A DNA stretch of 64,000 nucleotides from Phycisphaeraceae bacterium (lineage in GTDB: Bacteria > Planctomycetota > Phycisphaerae > Phycisphaerales > Phycisphaeraceae): contig OY771506.1 of assembly GCA_963674705.1 (NCBI GenBank), forward strand, positions 4,448,001 to 4,512,000, read 5' to 3'. Numbering within the stretch: position 1 is the stretch's first letter; every line of letters begins with the position of its first letter. Under the pieces are notes generated by a model. That model ran no database searches and was not told the origin of the DNA. It saw only the letters and a list, made by a program, of their open reading frames with translations. Of the stretch, positions 50,301-60,270 are shown piece by piece. The translations under genes and the position numbers were made by a program.

Positions 50301-51687
50301 CCAGAGCGGCGCGAACCTTCAGATCGGCCTTGATGGCATGAGTTCCTTCATCGCCAACAAGGGCCTGCTCGATGACTTCGACAGCTACTCGACCGGTAAC
50401 ACAAACACCGCCACCGGTAGCGTCTGGAACGAGGAAGTAGTGGTCTCCGGTCTCTCCAGCATCGTCGCCTCCGACCAGGGCAACTCGCTTCAGACACTCG
50501 GCGGTTCCGCATGGAGCGGCGCTGAGCGTGACCTCACCGGCACCGCTGCCGCCGTGGAAGTCGGGCAAACACAGGCCTTCTTCTGGCAGGTCATGCCCTC
50601 GGACGACTCCGGTGCTTACACCGCACCCGCCAACTTCTACGACTTCATGATGGGCCTGAGCACCAGTGTCGATCAGATCAACACGACCGATGCCTGGTCA
50701 GACTTCGCCGTCATGCCGTTCGTCGATAATGCGGCCGCAACACCCTACGTCGCCGCACTTGACGGCAACGCTCCATGGTGGACGGCATTAGCTACCGAAG
50801 AGTGGTGCAACATCTGGGTCATCGTCGACAACGACGCCACCAGCCCGAGCTACGATGTGTACGTCGCCCTCTCATCAGACCCCAACAACCCGGTGCTGTT
50901 CGCGGAGAATGCGTACTGGCGTGGCGGTGACAATACCGAAGGTAATCCGATCACCCCAGGCACGGCCCTCAATGCGATCGGCTTCATGGCCGCCGGTGCT
51001 GCCAACAGCAACCTCCTGATCGATAACATCTGGTACTCGGAAGACCCCGCGGACTTCCTGACCAACCCGCTTGTCGATGCATGGACAGGCAACATCGCCG
51101 CGTATGAAAACGAGACCTTGACCGTGGAAGGCGACCTGGTCCTTTCAGCCGGCGCAACCGTCTCGTTCGATATCGCGACCGACGGCATCAACGACCTGTT
51201 GAATGTCACAGGCACACTGACCGCCGGCGGCACGCTCGAGGTCACGTTGGACGCTTCGATCTCGGCACTGGCTGAAGGCGATACGTACGACATCCTCGAC
51301 TTCGCCTCAGCTACCGGCTCGTTCGCAACGCTCAACCTGCCGACGCTCGATGCCGGCCTCAGCTGGGACACCAGCAACCTGCTGGTCACCGGTATCATCG
51401 AAGTCATCGCAGGTGGCCAACTCGATGGCGACCTGAACGGTGATGGATTCGTCGGTCTGGCCGACCTGGACATCGTCCTGACACGCTGGAACCAGAACGT
51501 GACTGCAGGCGACTGGACGCAAGGCGATCCGTCCGGCGACGGATTCGTTGGACTGGATGACCTTGACTTCGTGTTAATCAACTGGAACAACGGCACACCA
51601 CCGAGTTCCAACGCCGCGATCCCCGAACCGGCCAGCCTCGCGCTGCTGGGCCTGGGTGGCATGGCGCTACTGAAGCGTCGTGGTTAA
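47350..51687 (+). CDS. Large PEP-CTERM surface protein with autotransporter-associated beta-strand repeats and dockerin-like pair
   Basis: SD GGAGGAG; GNWTDTANW, KRGSGTLT, NTYAGAT repeats; GDLNGDGFVGL pair; IPEPASLALLGLGGMALLKRR. Confidence 0.88.
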   Translation: MMRSSGKTGLTGIAGMSLALICGIPFSSVASAQWAVDADGNWTDTANWTGGIVPAANGDAVLGTIITDNRTVTLDSNVQLNSLTFNNTLNAGDYFLVPSTSQTLTLTGDAAIDVTGRHWIKAELAGTAGINISGAGELVLDADNSFSGGLNVDATNLAVLNTDAIPAGNDITAINGAQIRFWGTDNAWFAGQGATGFGTMTFADNISVDATSYVTVNDGSNITFTGTISGDGEFQASNSLGNYNYTDVTFTTANTYAGATRLWDTTMTITGTGTLGTSNGTQASGTFLSFESQLVLDNVNLGNEYLFLDENADGERAKIASSGNSAISGNIYASEYDDGSHYEFSSAAGGTLTLSGTISAYDGAAPNDRYMVFSGDGDFSVSKITDAIVDTDGNYLDVSTGANVHVVKRGSGTLTITTATDNLNDYWEAGTVVEGGTLVVQSDGSNAGELRSADIQVLSGATLDISSFSNYSLQVTEDPDGTAFNGDEIGQTLSGTGTINVGSGTIFAYEDAVFAPGVDGAGTLSISGKLSINQSQANPNGGLNFDLSGSAAGDNDLLAVSNSLDLDAGGGGTFKLNVTLTGDTLDTSPYTIMTAGSTAGSSASSGSFDIAIFNEQGTQLDTRQDDSASVSINANSVTVQFSAVESMNWTGSVDNTWDIGTTGNWNSSDSLFYDLDSVNFSGTNTVDIPASVTPSGLTISSGSTTFTGDGAIQGKADLAIAAGASATLGNNGVNAFADISIGAGSTLNASLVSGELQVNGDLSGSGTLNVTSSAVVLNGDNSGFTGSMTISDASVVPNTATALSGTVTANSNATIGVYGQTWTNSTAMTLNGGTLRVGGGDASAVSFTGNINVGANGATIQVDGGVGADGATVNNVLIGANAMTANVGANSALNVTGTVSGSGTLTVSDTGSMVMADGSALTVSNINVTNGSLDVSAMNAGAGLTLASGQVLNNDSENTVTGNISAGTGSTISGHGTFANNITVQSGANLQIGLDGMSSFIANKGLLDDFDSYSTGNTNTATGSVWNEEVVVSGLSSIVASDQGNSLQTLGGSAWSGAERDLTGTAAAVEVGQTQAFFWQVMPSDDSGAYTAPANFYDFMMGLSTSVDQINTTDAWSDFAVMPFVDNAAATPYVAALDGNAPWWTALATEEWCNIWVIVDNDATSPSYDVYVALSSDPNNPVLFAENAYWRGGDNTEGNPITPGTALNAIGFMAAGAANSNLLIDNIWYSEDPADFLTNPLVDAWTGNIAAYENETLTVEGDLVLSAGATVSFDIATDGINDLLNVTGTLTAGGTLEVTLDASISALAEGDTYDILDFASATGSFATLNLPTLDAGLSWDTSNLLVTGIIEVIAGGQLDGDLNGDGFVGLADLDIVLTRWNQNVTAGDWTQGDPSGDGFVGLDDLDFVLINWNNGTPPSSNAAIPEPASLALLGLGGMALLKRRG

Positions 51688-51700
51688 TCCTCAAACTCAC

Positions 51701-51734
51701 CACACGGGCTCCTTAACGGGGGCTCGTGTGTTTA
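51701..51734 (+). terminator. Intrinsic terminator
   Basis: CACACGGGCTCC/GGGGCTCGTGTG stem (G-U pairs) followed by TTTA. Confidence 0.6.
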
Positions 51735-51878
51735 CTCACCGTTGAACGGCTTAACCGGGGCGACATGTGGAAACCGTGAAGTCACTGGCTAAAGTCACGC
51801 AAATGATGCGTGCAATAACCTTATCCGTAACACATGCGCCATCATTCGGTTCGGCAACAACCTGTTGAAGATGTTCTG

Positions 51879-54800
51879 ATGAAAAATCAAGTATCACTTC
51901 GTAGCACGACGCGAGTAAGCACCACCTTTGCCGTCATTCTCTCTTGCGTTGTCCCCCTTTGCACGGCAACGACCCACGCACAATTGACCGGCGACCTGAT
52001 CGCTCACGACCCCTCCACCGTCATCTACGACAGCGGCCGGTACTACAGCTTCAGCACCGGCGACCATGTCGGTGTCCGTTCCTCCGCCAACCTGACTTCA
52101 TGGACATACGAGCCGACCGCACTTGATTCGATCCCCTCATGGATCTACTCAGCCGTGCCGGGGTATTCAGGCAGTTCGCTGTGGGCGCCGGATGTCATCT
52201 ACCTAAACGGCCAGTACCACCTGTACTACTCCGCCTCCGTCTGGGGCACCAAACTCTCGGCCATCGGCCACGCCACCAGCCCCACACTCGATCCCGACGC
52301 ACCCAACTACGGCTGGACCGACCAGGGTATGGTCATCAGCTCGAATCACAGTTCGCCCTACAACGCGATCGATCCCTCACTCATGCTCGACGACAGCACC
52401 GGTCGGCTGTGGATGACATGGGGTTCGTTCAACAACGGCATCTACGTCAAGGAACTCGATCCCCTCACCGGCGACCCGCTTAATTCATCGCCCGGCATCA
52501 ACGTCGCCGCTCCAAGCCCCACGCCCGAGATCGAAGGCGCGGCCATGATGCAGCACGACGGCTACTACTACATGTTCGTCAACTGGGGCGGCTGCTGCAG
52601 CGGCGACAACAGCACCTACAACATCCGCGTCGGCAGAAGCACAAGCCCCACCGGCCCGTTCCTCGATAAGGACGGCGTCAACATGCTCAACGACGGCGGC
52701 ACGCTCTTCCTCGACGACGACGGACAAAAGATCGGCCCCGGCCACTTCAGCTTCGCCAACATCAACGGCCAGGACACGTTCAGCTACCACTACTACGATG
52801 CAGACCAGTACTGGACCGGCGACATGACCGGCCTGCCCCTGTTCGCCATGCGCAACCTCTACTGGACCAGCGACGCCTGGCCAAGCATCGCCGCGGTCAA
52901 CCCCAACTGGACAGGCTCCGCCAGCAGCAGTTGGTCGCAGGCTTCAAACTGGACCGACGCCACCGTCCCCGACGGCGCAGGACACATCGCTAACTTCACT
53001 TCCAACTCCGCGGGTCAATACAACGTCTCGCTCGGCAGCAACCGAACCCTCGGCACGATCAACTTCCGTGGCTTTGGCTCATACACAATCGGCTCAAACG
53101 CCGGCCCCACCATCACCCTCAGTGACATCAACGGCGAACTGCCCACGCTCAACGTTGCCGAACGTCAACACACCATTGCCGCACCGATCGCCGCCCAAGA
53201 CAACCTCGGCGTCAACGTCACCAATGTCTACGGTTTGCTCCAAAGTTCTCTCACACTCACCGGCGGCGTCACCGCACCGCAACTCACCAAATACGGCGGC
53301 GGCGAACTCATCCTCGATGGTATAAACAACTTCGCCGGCTCCGTCTTCGTCCGCAAAGGCGAACTGACCATCACCGGCACCGTCACCGCCAACTCGTACA
53401 CCAGCATCGGATACATCCAAACAGAGACCGGCATCTTAAACGTCCAAGGCTCGGGCAGCTTCACCGCAAACGGTGATCTGAACATCGGCGACACAGGTCA
53501 AGGCGCCAATGCCGCAACCGGCACGCTCAACCTCTCCGACCAGGCAAGCGTCACCGTCACCACCAACGGCGGCTTCTACGTCGGCTCCGGTTACTTCTCC
53601 AACACACCCGCCTACGGCACGGTCAACCACTCCGGCGGCACTCTCACCGTCAACCGCACATCGGATGGCTCGTTCATCATCGGTGGACGCAATTCAGAAG
53701 ATGCCGTTGGCGTCTACAACTTCAGCGGCGGAACCGTCAACGCGAACACAAACGTCTTCGTCGGCGGGCGGGGTGAAGGCACTGTCAATCAAACCGGCGG
53801 CACGTTCAACGCTAACGCATCCATATCGATCGGCAGGTACAACGGCTCAACCGGCATCTGGACCATCAGCGACAGCACTCTGAATCAGACCGACACAGGC
53901 AACGAACTGATCGTCGGCCAGCAGGGCCAGGGCACACTGACGATCACGCGTTCCGGCGAGGTAAACGCAAGCGGCACTGTCCTCATGGGTGATTCCTCCA
54001 GCGGCAGCGGTACCATCAACCTCAACAGCGGCACGCTCTCCCTTCCAACAATCGAACGCGGCTCTGGTACCGCAATCTTCAACTTCAACGGCGGCACTCT
54101 CCGCGCCACCGCCAACACCAGCACATTCATGCAAGGGCTCTCCCAAGCCAACGTCCAGTTCGGCGGCGCGGTGATCGACACGCAATCCTTCGACATCACC
54201 ATCGCACAACCGTTGATCCACGACAGCTCGCTTGGCTCAACACCGGATGGCGGGCTGATCAAACGCGGCGACGGCGCACTCACACTCACCGCCACACAAA
54301 CCTACACCGGCAACACCACCATCGAAAACGGCACACTCGCCCTGACGTCCGATGCTTCGATCAACAACGTCACAAGTTTCAATATCAATCCCGCCGCGAT
54401 ACTCGCCCTGGAAATCACCGACACCGCTGACCTGAGCACCATCGACGTCAACGGCAACTTCGCCGCCGACGGCACGCTCCGCATCACGCTAGCTGCCGAC
54501 GCTACCGCCCCACAATTCGGTGACGCCTACGACCTGCTTGACTTCGCCACACTCACCGGTGCGTTTGATGTGCTGGACCTGCCCTCGCTGAGCCCGGGCC
54601 TCGTCTGGAACACCGCCAACCTCCTCAACGCCGGCATATTAACCATCGCCATCGCCGATGATATCGCGGGCGATCTCAACAACGACGGCTACGTCGGCCT
54701 CGACGACCTCGACCTGATCCTCAACAACTGGAATACAACTGTCCGCGACGGTCACCCGTCCGATCCCTCCGGCGATAACTTCGTCGGCCTCGATGACCTG

Positions 54801-55037
54801 GACATCGTCCTCAACAACTGGAACAACGGTACACCGCCGGATGCGTTAACCAACATCCCCGAACCAACAACACTCGCATTATTGTCCCTCGTCGGCATCG
54901 CCATGACCCGACGGCCACATTACCGAATTGGCTATCGGGAGCATAACGATGTCATATCCCCCCGAACTTCACACGGGCCCCTGAATCGAGGGCACGTGGG
55001 TCTCTATCCGAGGTGGATGCACGATTTGGATTCGTAA
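51879..55037 (+). CDS. GH43 arabinanase-like enzyme fused to beta-strand-repeat stalk, dockerin-like pair and PEP-CTERM
   Basis: AHDPS, LWAPDV, NAIDP, WGSF, IEGA, GGCC..STYNIRVGRS..GPF, GPGH; IPEPTT + TM + RR. Confidence 0.87.
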   Translation: MKNQVSLRSTTRVSTTFAVILSCVVPLCTATTHAQLTGDLIAHDPSTVIYDSGRYYSFSTGDHVGVRSSANLTSWTYEPTALDSIPSWIYSAVPGYSGSSLWAPDVIYLNGQYHLYYSASVWGTKLSAIGHATSPTLDPDAPNYGWTDQGMVISSNHSSPYNAIDPSLMLDDSTGRLWMTWGSFNNGIYVKELDPLTGDPLNSSPGINVAAPSPTPEIEGAAMMQHDGYYYMFVNWGGCCSGDNSTYNIRVGRSTSPTGPFLDKDGVNMLNDGGTLFLDDDGQKIGPGHFSFANINGQDTFSYHYYDADQYWTGDMTGLPLFAMRNLYWTSDAWPSIAAVNPNWTGSASSSWSQASNWTDATVPDGAGHIANFTSNSAGQYNVSLGSNRTLGTINFRGFGSYTIGSNAGPTITLSDINGELPTLNVAERQHTIAAPIAAQDNLGVNVTNVYGLLQSSLTLTGGVTAPQLTKYGGGELILDGINNFAGSVFVRKGELTITGTVTANSYTSIGYIQTETGILNVQGSGSFTANGDLNIGDTGQGANAATGTLNLSDQASVTVTTNGGFYVGSGYFSNTPAYGTVNHSGGTLTVNRTSDGSFIIGGRNSEDAVGVYNFSGGTVNANTNVFVGGRGEGTVNQTGGTFNANASISIGRYNGSTGIWTISDSTLNQTDTGNELIVGQQGQGTLTITRSGEVNASGTVLMGDSSSGSGTINLNSGTLSLPTIERGSGTAIFNFNGGTLRATANTSTFMQGLSQANVQFGGAVIDTQSFDITIAQPLIHDSSLGSTPDGGLIKRGDGALTLTATQTYTGNTTIENGTLALTSDASINNVTSFNINPAAILALEITDTADLSTIDVNGNFAADGTLRITLAADATAPQFGDAYDLLDFATLTGAFDVLDLPSLSPGLVWNTANLLNAGILTIAIADDIAGDLNNDGYVGLDDLDLILNNWNTTVRDGHPSDPSGDNFVGLDDLDIVLNNWNNGTPPDALTNIPEPTTLALLSLVGIAMTRRPHYRIGYREHNDVISPRTSHGPLNRGHVGLYPRWMHDLDS

Positions 55038-55067
55038 CAAAACCACGTGAGTCAAAGTGTGAGACAC

Positions 55068-57650
55068 ATGAATCAAAACCCGACTCATCCGGCCCCGGTC
55101 GCCTTCTGCGTATCCGCGCTGTTGACGGGGACGGCACTCGGCCAGAACACAATCAACTTCAGCGTCAACGACGCCGGCATGAGCAAGTCAGTCCCAACCT
55201 GGGGCGTCGATATCGCCTGGGCCAACTACAACAACGTACGTCAGAGCATCGAACATATCGGGCTGAACAACGTCGATATCGCGCGTGTGCTTGTCTACGT
55301 TGATGAACCACTGGTCGATCTGGGCGGCGGCAACTACGGATTAACAAACGCGGCGAAGTCGAAGATCGATAATCACCTTGCGCTCGCCGCCATGGCCGGG
55401 AACAATATCCCACTCACCTTCGGGATCGGCGGCAGTGATCCCGGCTCGATCGACTCGGACTACGTCTCCGGCTCGGGGATCAACGTCAGCAACTACGTCC
55501 GCGTGATTAAAGCCACTCAGGAATACATCAACAGCCGACCCGGTTTCAGCTCGTCACCGATCTATGCCATCGAGCCGTTCAACGAGCCGGACTTCAACTT
55601 CACGCAGGCGAATCCCACCGACTTAAACAACATCATCCAGCAGCTAAGGACGTATGATGAGTTTCGCACCACGCTCATGATGGCGCCGAGCACGCTCAAC
55701 AGCGACAACGCCCAGTGGTGGTACGATCAGGTCCCGCAAGCCACCGCGGGCTCATCGCACCTGCTTGCCGGTTCATTAACCTCATGGACGAACTTCATCG
55801 ATTACGTCAACAACGACGGAAAAACGTTCATCAATCCGGAAATCCACAGCATGGGCGAAATCCTCGCCGGCGCTGAACACGGCATGGCGGCGGGGATGGT
55901 CTGGGCGGATGTGCTCCGTGGACGCGGCACGCTGATCCAGGCTTCCGACGGCGATCGACTCGGTTATGCTGAAGACCTGGCAAACCAATCCGCAGGCGCG
56001 GTCTACCGCGCGCCCGACGGGCAGGTCTACGCATTCGCCGGCGGGCTGGAACGAGACTACACCGGTTCGCCCAGCACCTACCGCTTTGTCAGCACCGATC
56101 AGGATGTCTACTTCAACGGCATCCCGGTGCGTGAATACTTCATGCCCACCAATAACGACCATGTCGTTTCCGATACGGATAACGACTTCCAAAACTACGG
56201 GTCGTGGTCTTCCGAAGGCGCATTCGTCAATATCGATACCGACGACTCCGGCGTCCCCGCGCTCGACGGCTACCGATGGAAGATCGTCAATGTAAACGAC
56301 GGCTCGGTCATGGAAGTCGTCAACGGCGGCACAAGCAACGGCGCGCAGATCGAATCGGCAAGCGACGACGGCGGCGTAAACCAGATGTGGCGCATCACCC
56401 GCACGCGCAACGGGTATTACCACCTGTACAACGCCGCCAGCGGACTCACCGCCGAGGTCGCGAACCTCTCACTGAGCAACGGCGCCGATGTCCGTCAATG
56501 GGGCACCGCCGACAACGCCGGCCAGCAGTGGTACATCGAGCAAGCGGGCGACGGCACATTCCATATCCGAAACGCGCACAGCAACAAATACCTGGACGCC
56601 TCGCTCAACAGCGACAACATCATCCAATGGGAAAATAACGGCGGGCTGCAGCAGCAGTGGCAATTCGTCATGGCCAACCCGACCCACGGCCCGCAGGCGC
56701 AATACCTCTTCCAGACAAACACGAACGACTCCGCCGGTACAAACCACGCCACAACGTTCGGCAGCCCAACCTACGTCGCCGGCCCGTCGGGCGAACCTGA
56801 CACCGCGATCGAATTCGACGGCAACAACGATTATCTTCAACTGCCTAACGATATCGCCAACACCGAAGACATTACCATTGCCACGTGGGTCAAGTGGGAC
56901 GGCGGCGGCGAGTGGCAACGCATCTTCGACTTCGGTAATAACACCGATGAATATATGTTCCTCACGCCGTCAAGCGGGAGTAACACGCTGCGCTTCGCCA
57001 TCACCACAGGCAGCGGTGCTGAAGAACAAATCCTGGAAACCGATCCCCTGCCCATCGGCGAATGGGTCCACCTTACACTCACACTCGGCGGCAACACCGG
57101 CATCCTCTACATCGACGGCACACCCCAGGTCGCGGGCCAGATCCTGTTCGACCCCACCGACTTCAACCCCGTCAACAACTACATCGGCAAAAGCCAATGG
57201 CCCGACCCGCTGTTCAACGGAACGATCGCCAACTTCCAGCTCTTCAACTACGCACTGCACCCCACGCAAATCAGCGCGTTATACGATGACAGCCTCCCGC
57301 CACTTGTCGGTGACCTCAACAGCGACGGCTTCGTCGGCCTCGACGACCTCGACATTATCCTCTCCAACTGGAACAACTTCGTCCGCGACGGCAATCCCGC
57401 CGACCCCTCGGGAGACAACTTCATCGGCCTCGACGACCTCGACATCGTGCTCAACAACTGGAACGCCGGCACACCCCCCAATAACCCCGCCGATATCCCC
57501 GAACCCACCAGCACCGCTTTGCTTGGGCTCGGGCTCTCGCTCTTGTTTACCAGACGTCAACACCCCAACCCTCTTACAAGGTCAGAGGGAGTAATACCAA
57601 CCTGCGTCATTCGCAATAATCTACAGAACAACTGTAACCCGAACACATAA
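55068..57650 (+). CDS. Putative glycoside hydrolase (unassigned EPFNEPD domain) + ricin-B lectin + LamG + dockerin-like pair + PEP-CTERM
   Basis: WGVDIAW, IEPFNEPD, NPEIH; QMW/QQW repeats; WQRIFDFG LamG; IPEPTS. Confidence 0.78.
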   Translation: MNQNPTHPAPVAFCVSALLTGTALGQNTINFSVNDAGMSKSVPTWGVDIAWANYNNVRQSIEHIGLNNVDIARVLVYVDEPLVDLGGGNYGLTNAAKSKIDNHLALAAMAGNNIPLTFGIGGSDPGSIDSDYVSGSGINVSNYVRVIKATQEYINSRPGFSSSPIYAIEPFNEPDFNFTQANPTDLNNIIQQLRTYDEFRTTLMMAPSTLNSDNAQWWYDQVPQATAGSSHLLAGSLTSWTNFIDYVNNDGKTFINPEIHSMGEILAGAEHGMAAGMVWADVLRGRGTLIQASDGDRLGYAEDLANQSAGAVYRAPDGQVYAFAGGLERDYTGSPSTYRFVSTDQDVYFNGIPVREYFMPTNNDHVVSDTDNDFQNYGSWSSEGAFVNIDTDDSGVPALDGYRWKIVNVNDGSVMEVVNGGTSNGAQIESASDDGGVNQMWRITRTRNGYYHLYNAASGLTAEVANLSLSNGADVRQWGTADNAGQQWYIEQAGDGTFHIRNAHSNKYLDASLNSDNIIQWENNGGLQQQWQFVMANPTHGPQAQYLFQTNTNDSAGTNHATTFGSPTYVAGPSGEPDTAIEFDGNNDYLQLPNDIANTEDITIATWVKWDGGGEWQRIFDFGNNTDEYMFLTPSSGSNTLRFAITTGSGAEEQILETDPLPIGEWVHLTLTLGGNTGILYIDGTPQVAGQILFDPTDFNPVNNYIGKSQWPDPLFNGTIANFQLFNYALHPTQISALYDDSLPPLVGDLNSDGFVGLDDLDIILSNWNNFVRDGNPADPSGDNFIGLDDLDIVLNNWNAGTPPNNPADIPEPTSTALLGLGLSLLFTRRQHPNPLTRSEGVIPTCVIRNNLQNNCNPNT

Positions 57651-57806
57651 ATCACTAAGCTTTGGGTGCCCCATTATGCCCGAAAGGCATACGGTGCTTC
57701 ACACCGACAACACTTCAGATTTGTATAATACGTCAGCGCATCTTCCCCGCGCGGACGCTGCCATTCTGAACAAACCGAAACGCGATACATCACACGCCGA
57801 GATCAC

Positions 57807-60245
57807 ATGAACATGAATAAGATCACACGTTTCGTCACACTGACACTCACACTGACACTCTTCGGCCTCTGCTTGTCATTCTCCCCTAAGACCTGCGGCC
57901 AAAACGTCCTCTACTTCAACACAATCGACCCCGGCGAAACCAAAGCCATCTATACATGGGGTATCGACACCGCCTGGCCCAGTGTCGACAACATGCGCCA
58001 GGGTCTGACACACATGGGCGTCGACCAGACCGACTCCGTCCGCATGTGCTTCTACGTCGACGATCCGCTGACCAGTACCGGTGAGCTCGGTGAAAAGAGC
58101 AAGCGCAGGCTCGACCGCCACATGCAAATCGCCAACAGGGCCGGCGACAAACCCTGGGCCCTGTTGCCCGCCACCGAAGACTATGTCCACGACTGGTACA
58201 AGGACGGCGAGAGGATCCGCGCCGATCGATGGGTCGCGCTGCTCGAAGCGACACAAAAATACCTCGGCAAACCCGTCGCCGTCATCGAACCGTTCAACGA
58301 ACCGGACTGGGGCTGGGGGCAAGGCTCACCAGAAGACCTGCTCAACATCCTGCAATTGCTGCGAAAAAGCCCGCACTTCAAAAACACAAAACTCGGCGGC
58401 CCCGCCACGCTCAACAGCGACGCGTTCCGCCGGTGGTACACCGTCATCAAGGACGAGATCGACATCGGCTCAACCCATACACTCGCCGGCAGCTTCGACA
58501 ACTACGTCGACTTCATCAAACAAGTCAAAGCCGACGGCCTCGAAGCCTCCAACCCCGAAGCACACAGCGTCGTCGAAGCCATCATCGGCGCGGAGTATGG
58601 CTTGCACGATGTCACCTGGTGGGGCGCTCCCTTCCGCTCGCGCGGCCTGTTCGTCAAAAGCTGCCAGGGCAAACGACTCGCCTACCTCGAAGACCGTGAA
58701 GCCTGGTCCGCCGCCGCCGTCTACCGCGCGCCGGACGGCGTCATCCGCGCCTTCGCCGCAGGCATCGAACGACAAGGCAATCCGACCTCTTATCGCTTCG
58801 TTGTCGGCGACCGCGCCGTCTACTTCGATGGTGTGGGCCCGACACGCGTACTCGACTTCCCCGTCGAACGACACGCCGAAGAAGTGATTGAAGTCGCCTT
58901 CGGCCATGACATCCCCCCGGTACTCAACGGTCAACGCTTCGTCATCGTCAACCGCGCCACCGGCAAAGCCCTTCAACTCAGCTCCACCGAAGAAGGCTCA
59001 ACCCTTCAACAAGACGCCATCGACAATACGCTCGATGAAAAGTGGGACGTCGCCCGTGCTCGCCACGGCTATTACACGATAAAGAACGCAAAGACGCGCA
59101 AGGCCGCCGCGATCCGCGGTTGGAATCTGCTCGACGATGGCGAACCGATCTGCAATATGGGCGATGGCGGTTACGAAACCGGCATGTGGGACTTTGAATA
59201 CCTCGGCGAAGGCTGGTTCCACATCCGCAACAACTACACCTGCAAACTCATGATCGCTGACGGCGACAGCATCGTCCAAGGTGCTGCTGCAACCAGCGAA
59301 GCCCAGCAATGGCGGTTATTCCCCGCCGATTACCCCGTCGACTTCGATGCGCCTCAGCCGCCTTCAAACCTGAAAGCAACCGCCAAAGATGCCGCCGTTG
59401 CACTTACATGGGATGACAACGGCCAATCGGACATCTCCAAGTACACGATCTACCGTTCCGCAATGTCGGGCGGCCCATATGATGTCATCGCTGAATCAAC
59501 AACAAACAGCTACACCGACCCCACCGCCAACAAGCATCAGCCTTACTACTACGTCGTGCGTGCGACGGATCACGCGCTTAACCCATCAGATATCTCTTCC
59601 GAAATCACCGCCACTCCCACCGGCAAGCCCGCGTTGATCACGCACCTCGAGTTTGAAAACAACATGCGCGATTCATCCGAAAACGGTTTCGACGCAACCA
59701 TCCACGGCTCACCCATGTTTGCCGACGGCAAGTTCGGCCGATCCATCCAGCTCGACGGCAGGAACGAATACCTCTCGCTGCCGCAGGCCTCCATCAACAG
59801 CGAAGACTTCACCTTCACCGTCTGGGTCTACTGGTTCGGCGGCAACTGGGTCGCCGGCCCCACATGGCAACGCCTGTTCGACTTCGGCTACGACACCGAA
59901 CACTACATGTTCCTCTCGCCTCAATCCAACGATGAGAAGCTCCGCTTCGCGATCAAGAACGGCGGCGAAGAACAACGCTTAAACGCCCCCGCCCTCGAAC
60001 GAAACAAGTGGACCCACCTCGCCGTCGTCCTCGATGGTGATACCGGCAAGCTCTATATCAACGGCAAACTCGCCGACAAACAAACAATCACCATCGACCC
60101 CGCCGACCTCAAACCCATCACCACCTGGATCGGCAAAAGCACCTTCAACAACGACCCCATGTTCCTCGGCCGAATCGACGACCTGCGCATCTACAACCAC
60201 GCGCTATCCGAAAGCGAAATCAAAACACTAGGCCAACCACGCTAG
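57807..60245 (+). CDS. Paralogous putative glycoside hydrolase + ricin-B + FN3 + LamG (no PEP-CTERM)
   Basis: Signal peptide; WGIDTAW, IEPFNEPD, NPEAH, VYRAPDG; FN3 (PSNLKA..LTW..YYVVRA); WQRLFDFG. Confidence 0.78.
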   Translation: MNMNKITRFVTLTLTLTLFGLCLSFSPKTCGQNVLYFNTIDPGETKAIYTWGIDTAWPSVDNMRQGLTHMGVDQTDSVRMCFYVDDPLTSTGELGEKSKRRLDRHMQIANRAGDKPWALLPATEDYVHDWYKDGERIRADRWVALLEATQKYLGKPVAVIEPFNEPDWGWGQGSPEDLLNILQLLRKSPHFKNTKLGGPATLNSDAFRRWYTVIKDEIDIGSTHTLAGSFDNYVDFIKQVKADGLEASNPEAHSVVEAIIGAEYGLHDVTWWGAPFRSRGLFVKSCQGKRLAYLEDREAWSAAAVYRAPDGVIRAFAAGIERQGNPTSYRFVVGDRAVYFDGVGPTRVLDFPVERHAEEVIEVAFGHDIPPVLNGQRFVIVNRATGKALQLSSTEEGSTLQQDAIDNTLDEKWDVARARHGYYTIKNAKTRKAAAIRGWNLLDDGEPICNMGDGGYETGMWDFEYLGEGWFHIRNNYTCKLMIADGDSIVQGAAATSEAQQWRLFPADYPVDFDAPQPPSNLKATAKDAAVALTWDDNGQSDISKYTIYRSAMSGGPYDVIAESTTNSYTDPTANKHQPYYYVVRATDHALNPSDISSEITATPTGKPALITHLEFENNMRDSSENGFDATIHGSPMFADGKFGRSIQLDGRNEYLSLPQASINSEDFTFTVWVYWFGGNWVAGPTWQRLFDFGYDTEHYMFLSPQSNDEKLRFAIKNGGEEQRLNAPALERNKWTHLAVVLDGDTGKLYINGKLADKQTITIDPADLKPITTWIGKSTFNNDPMFLGRIDDLRIYNHALSESEIKTLGQPR

Positions 60246-60270
60246 AACGTCTGCGAGAAGTTTTTTTGCC

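Noticed and set aside
56488..57594. Long alternative-frame and antisense ORFs (also 61860-62843, 41521-42240, 50850-51662)
   Set aside because: Shadows of GC3-biased real genes; low-complexity Thr/Ser/Arg translations
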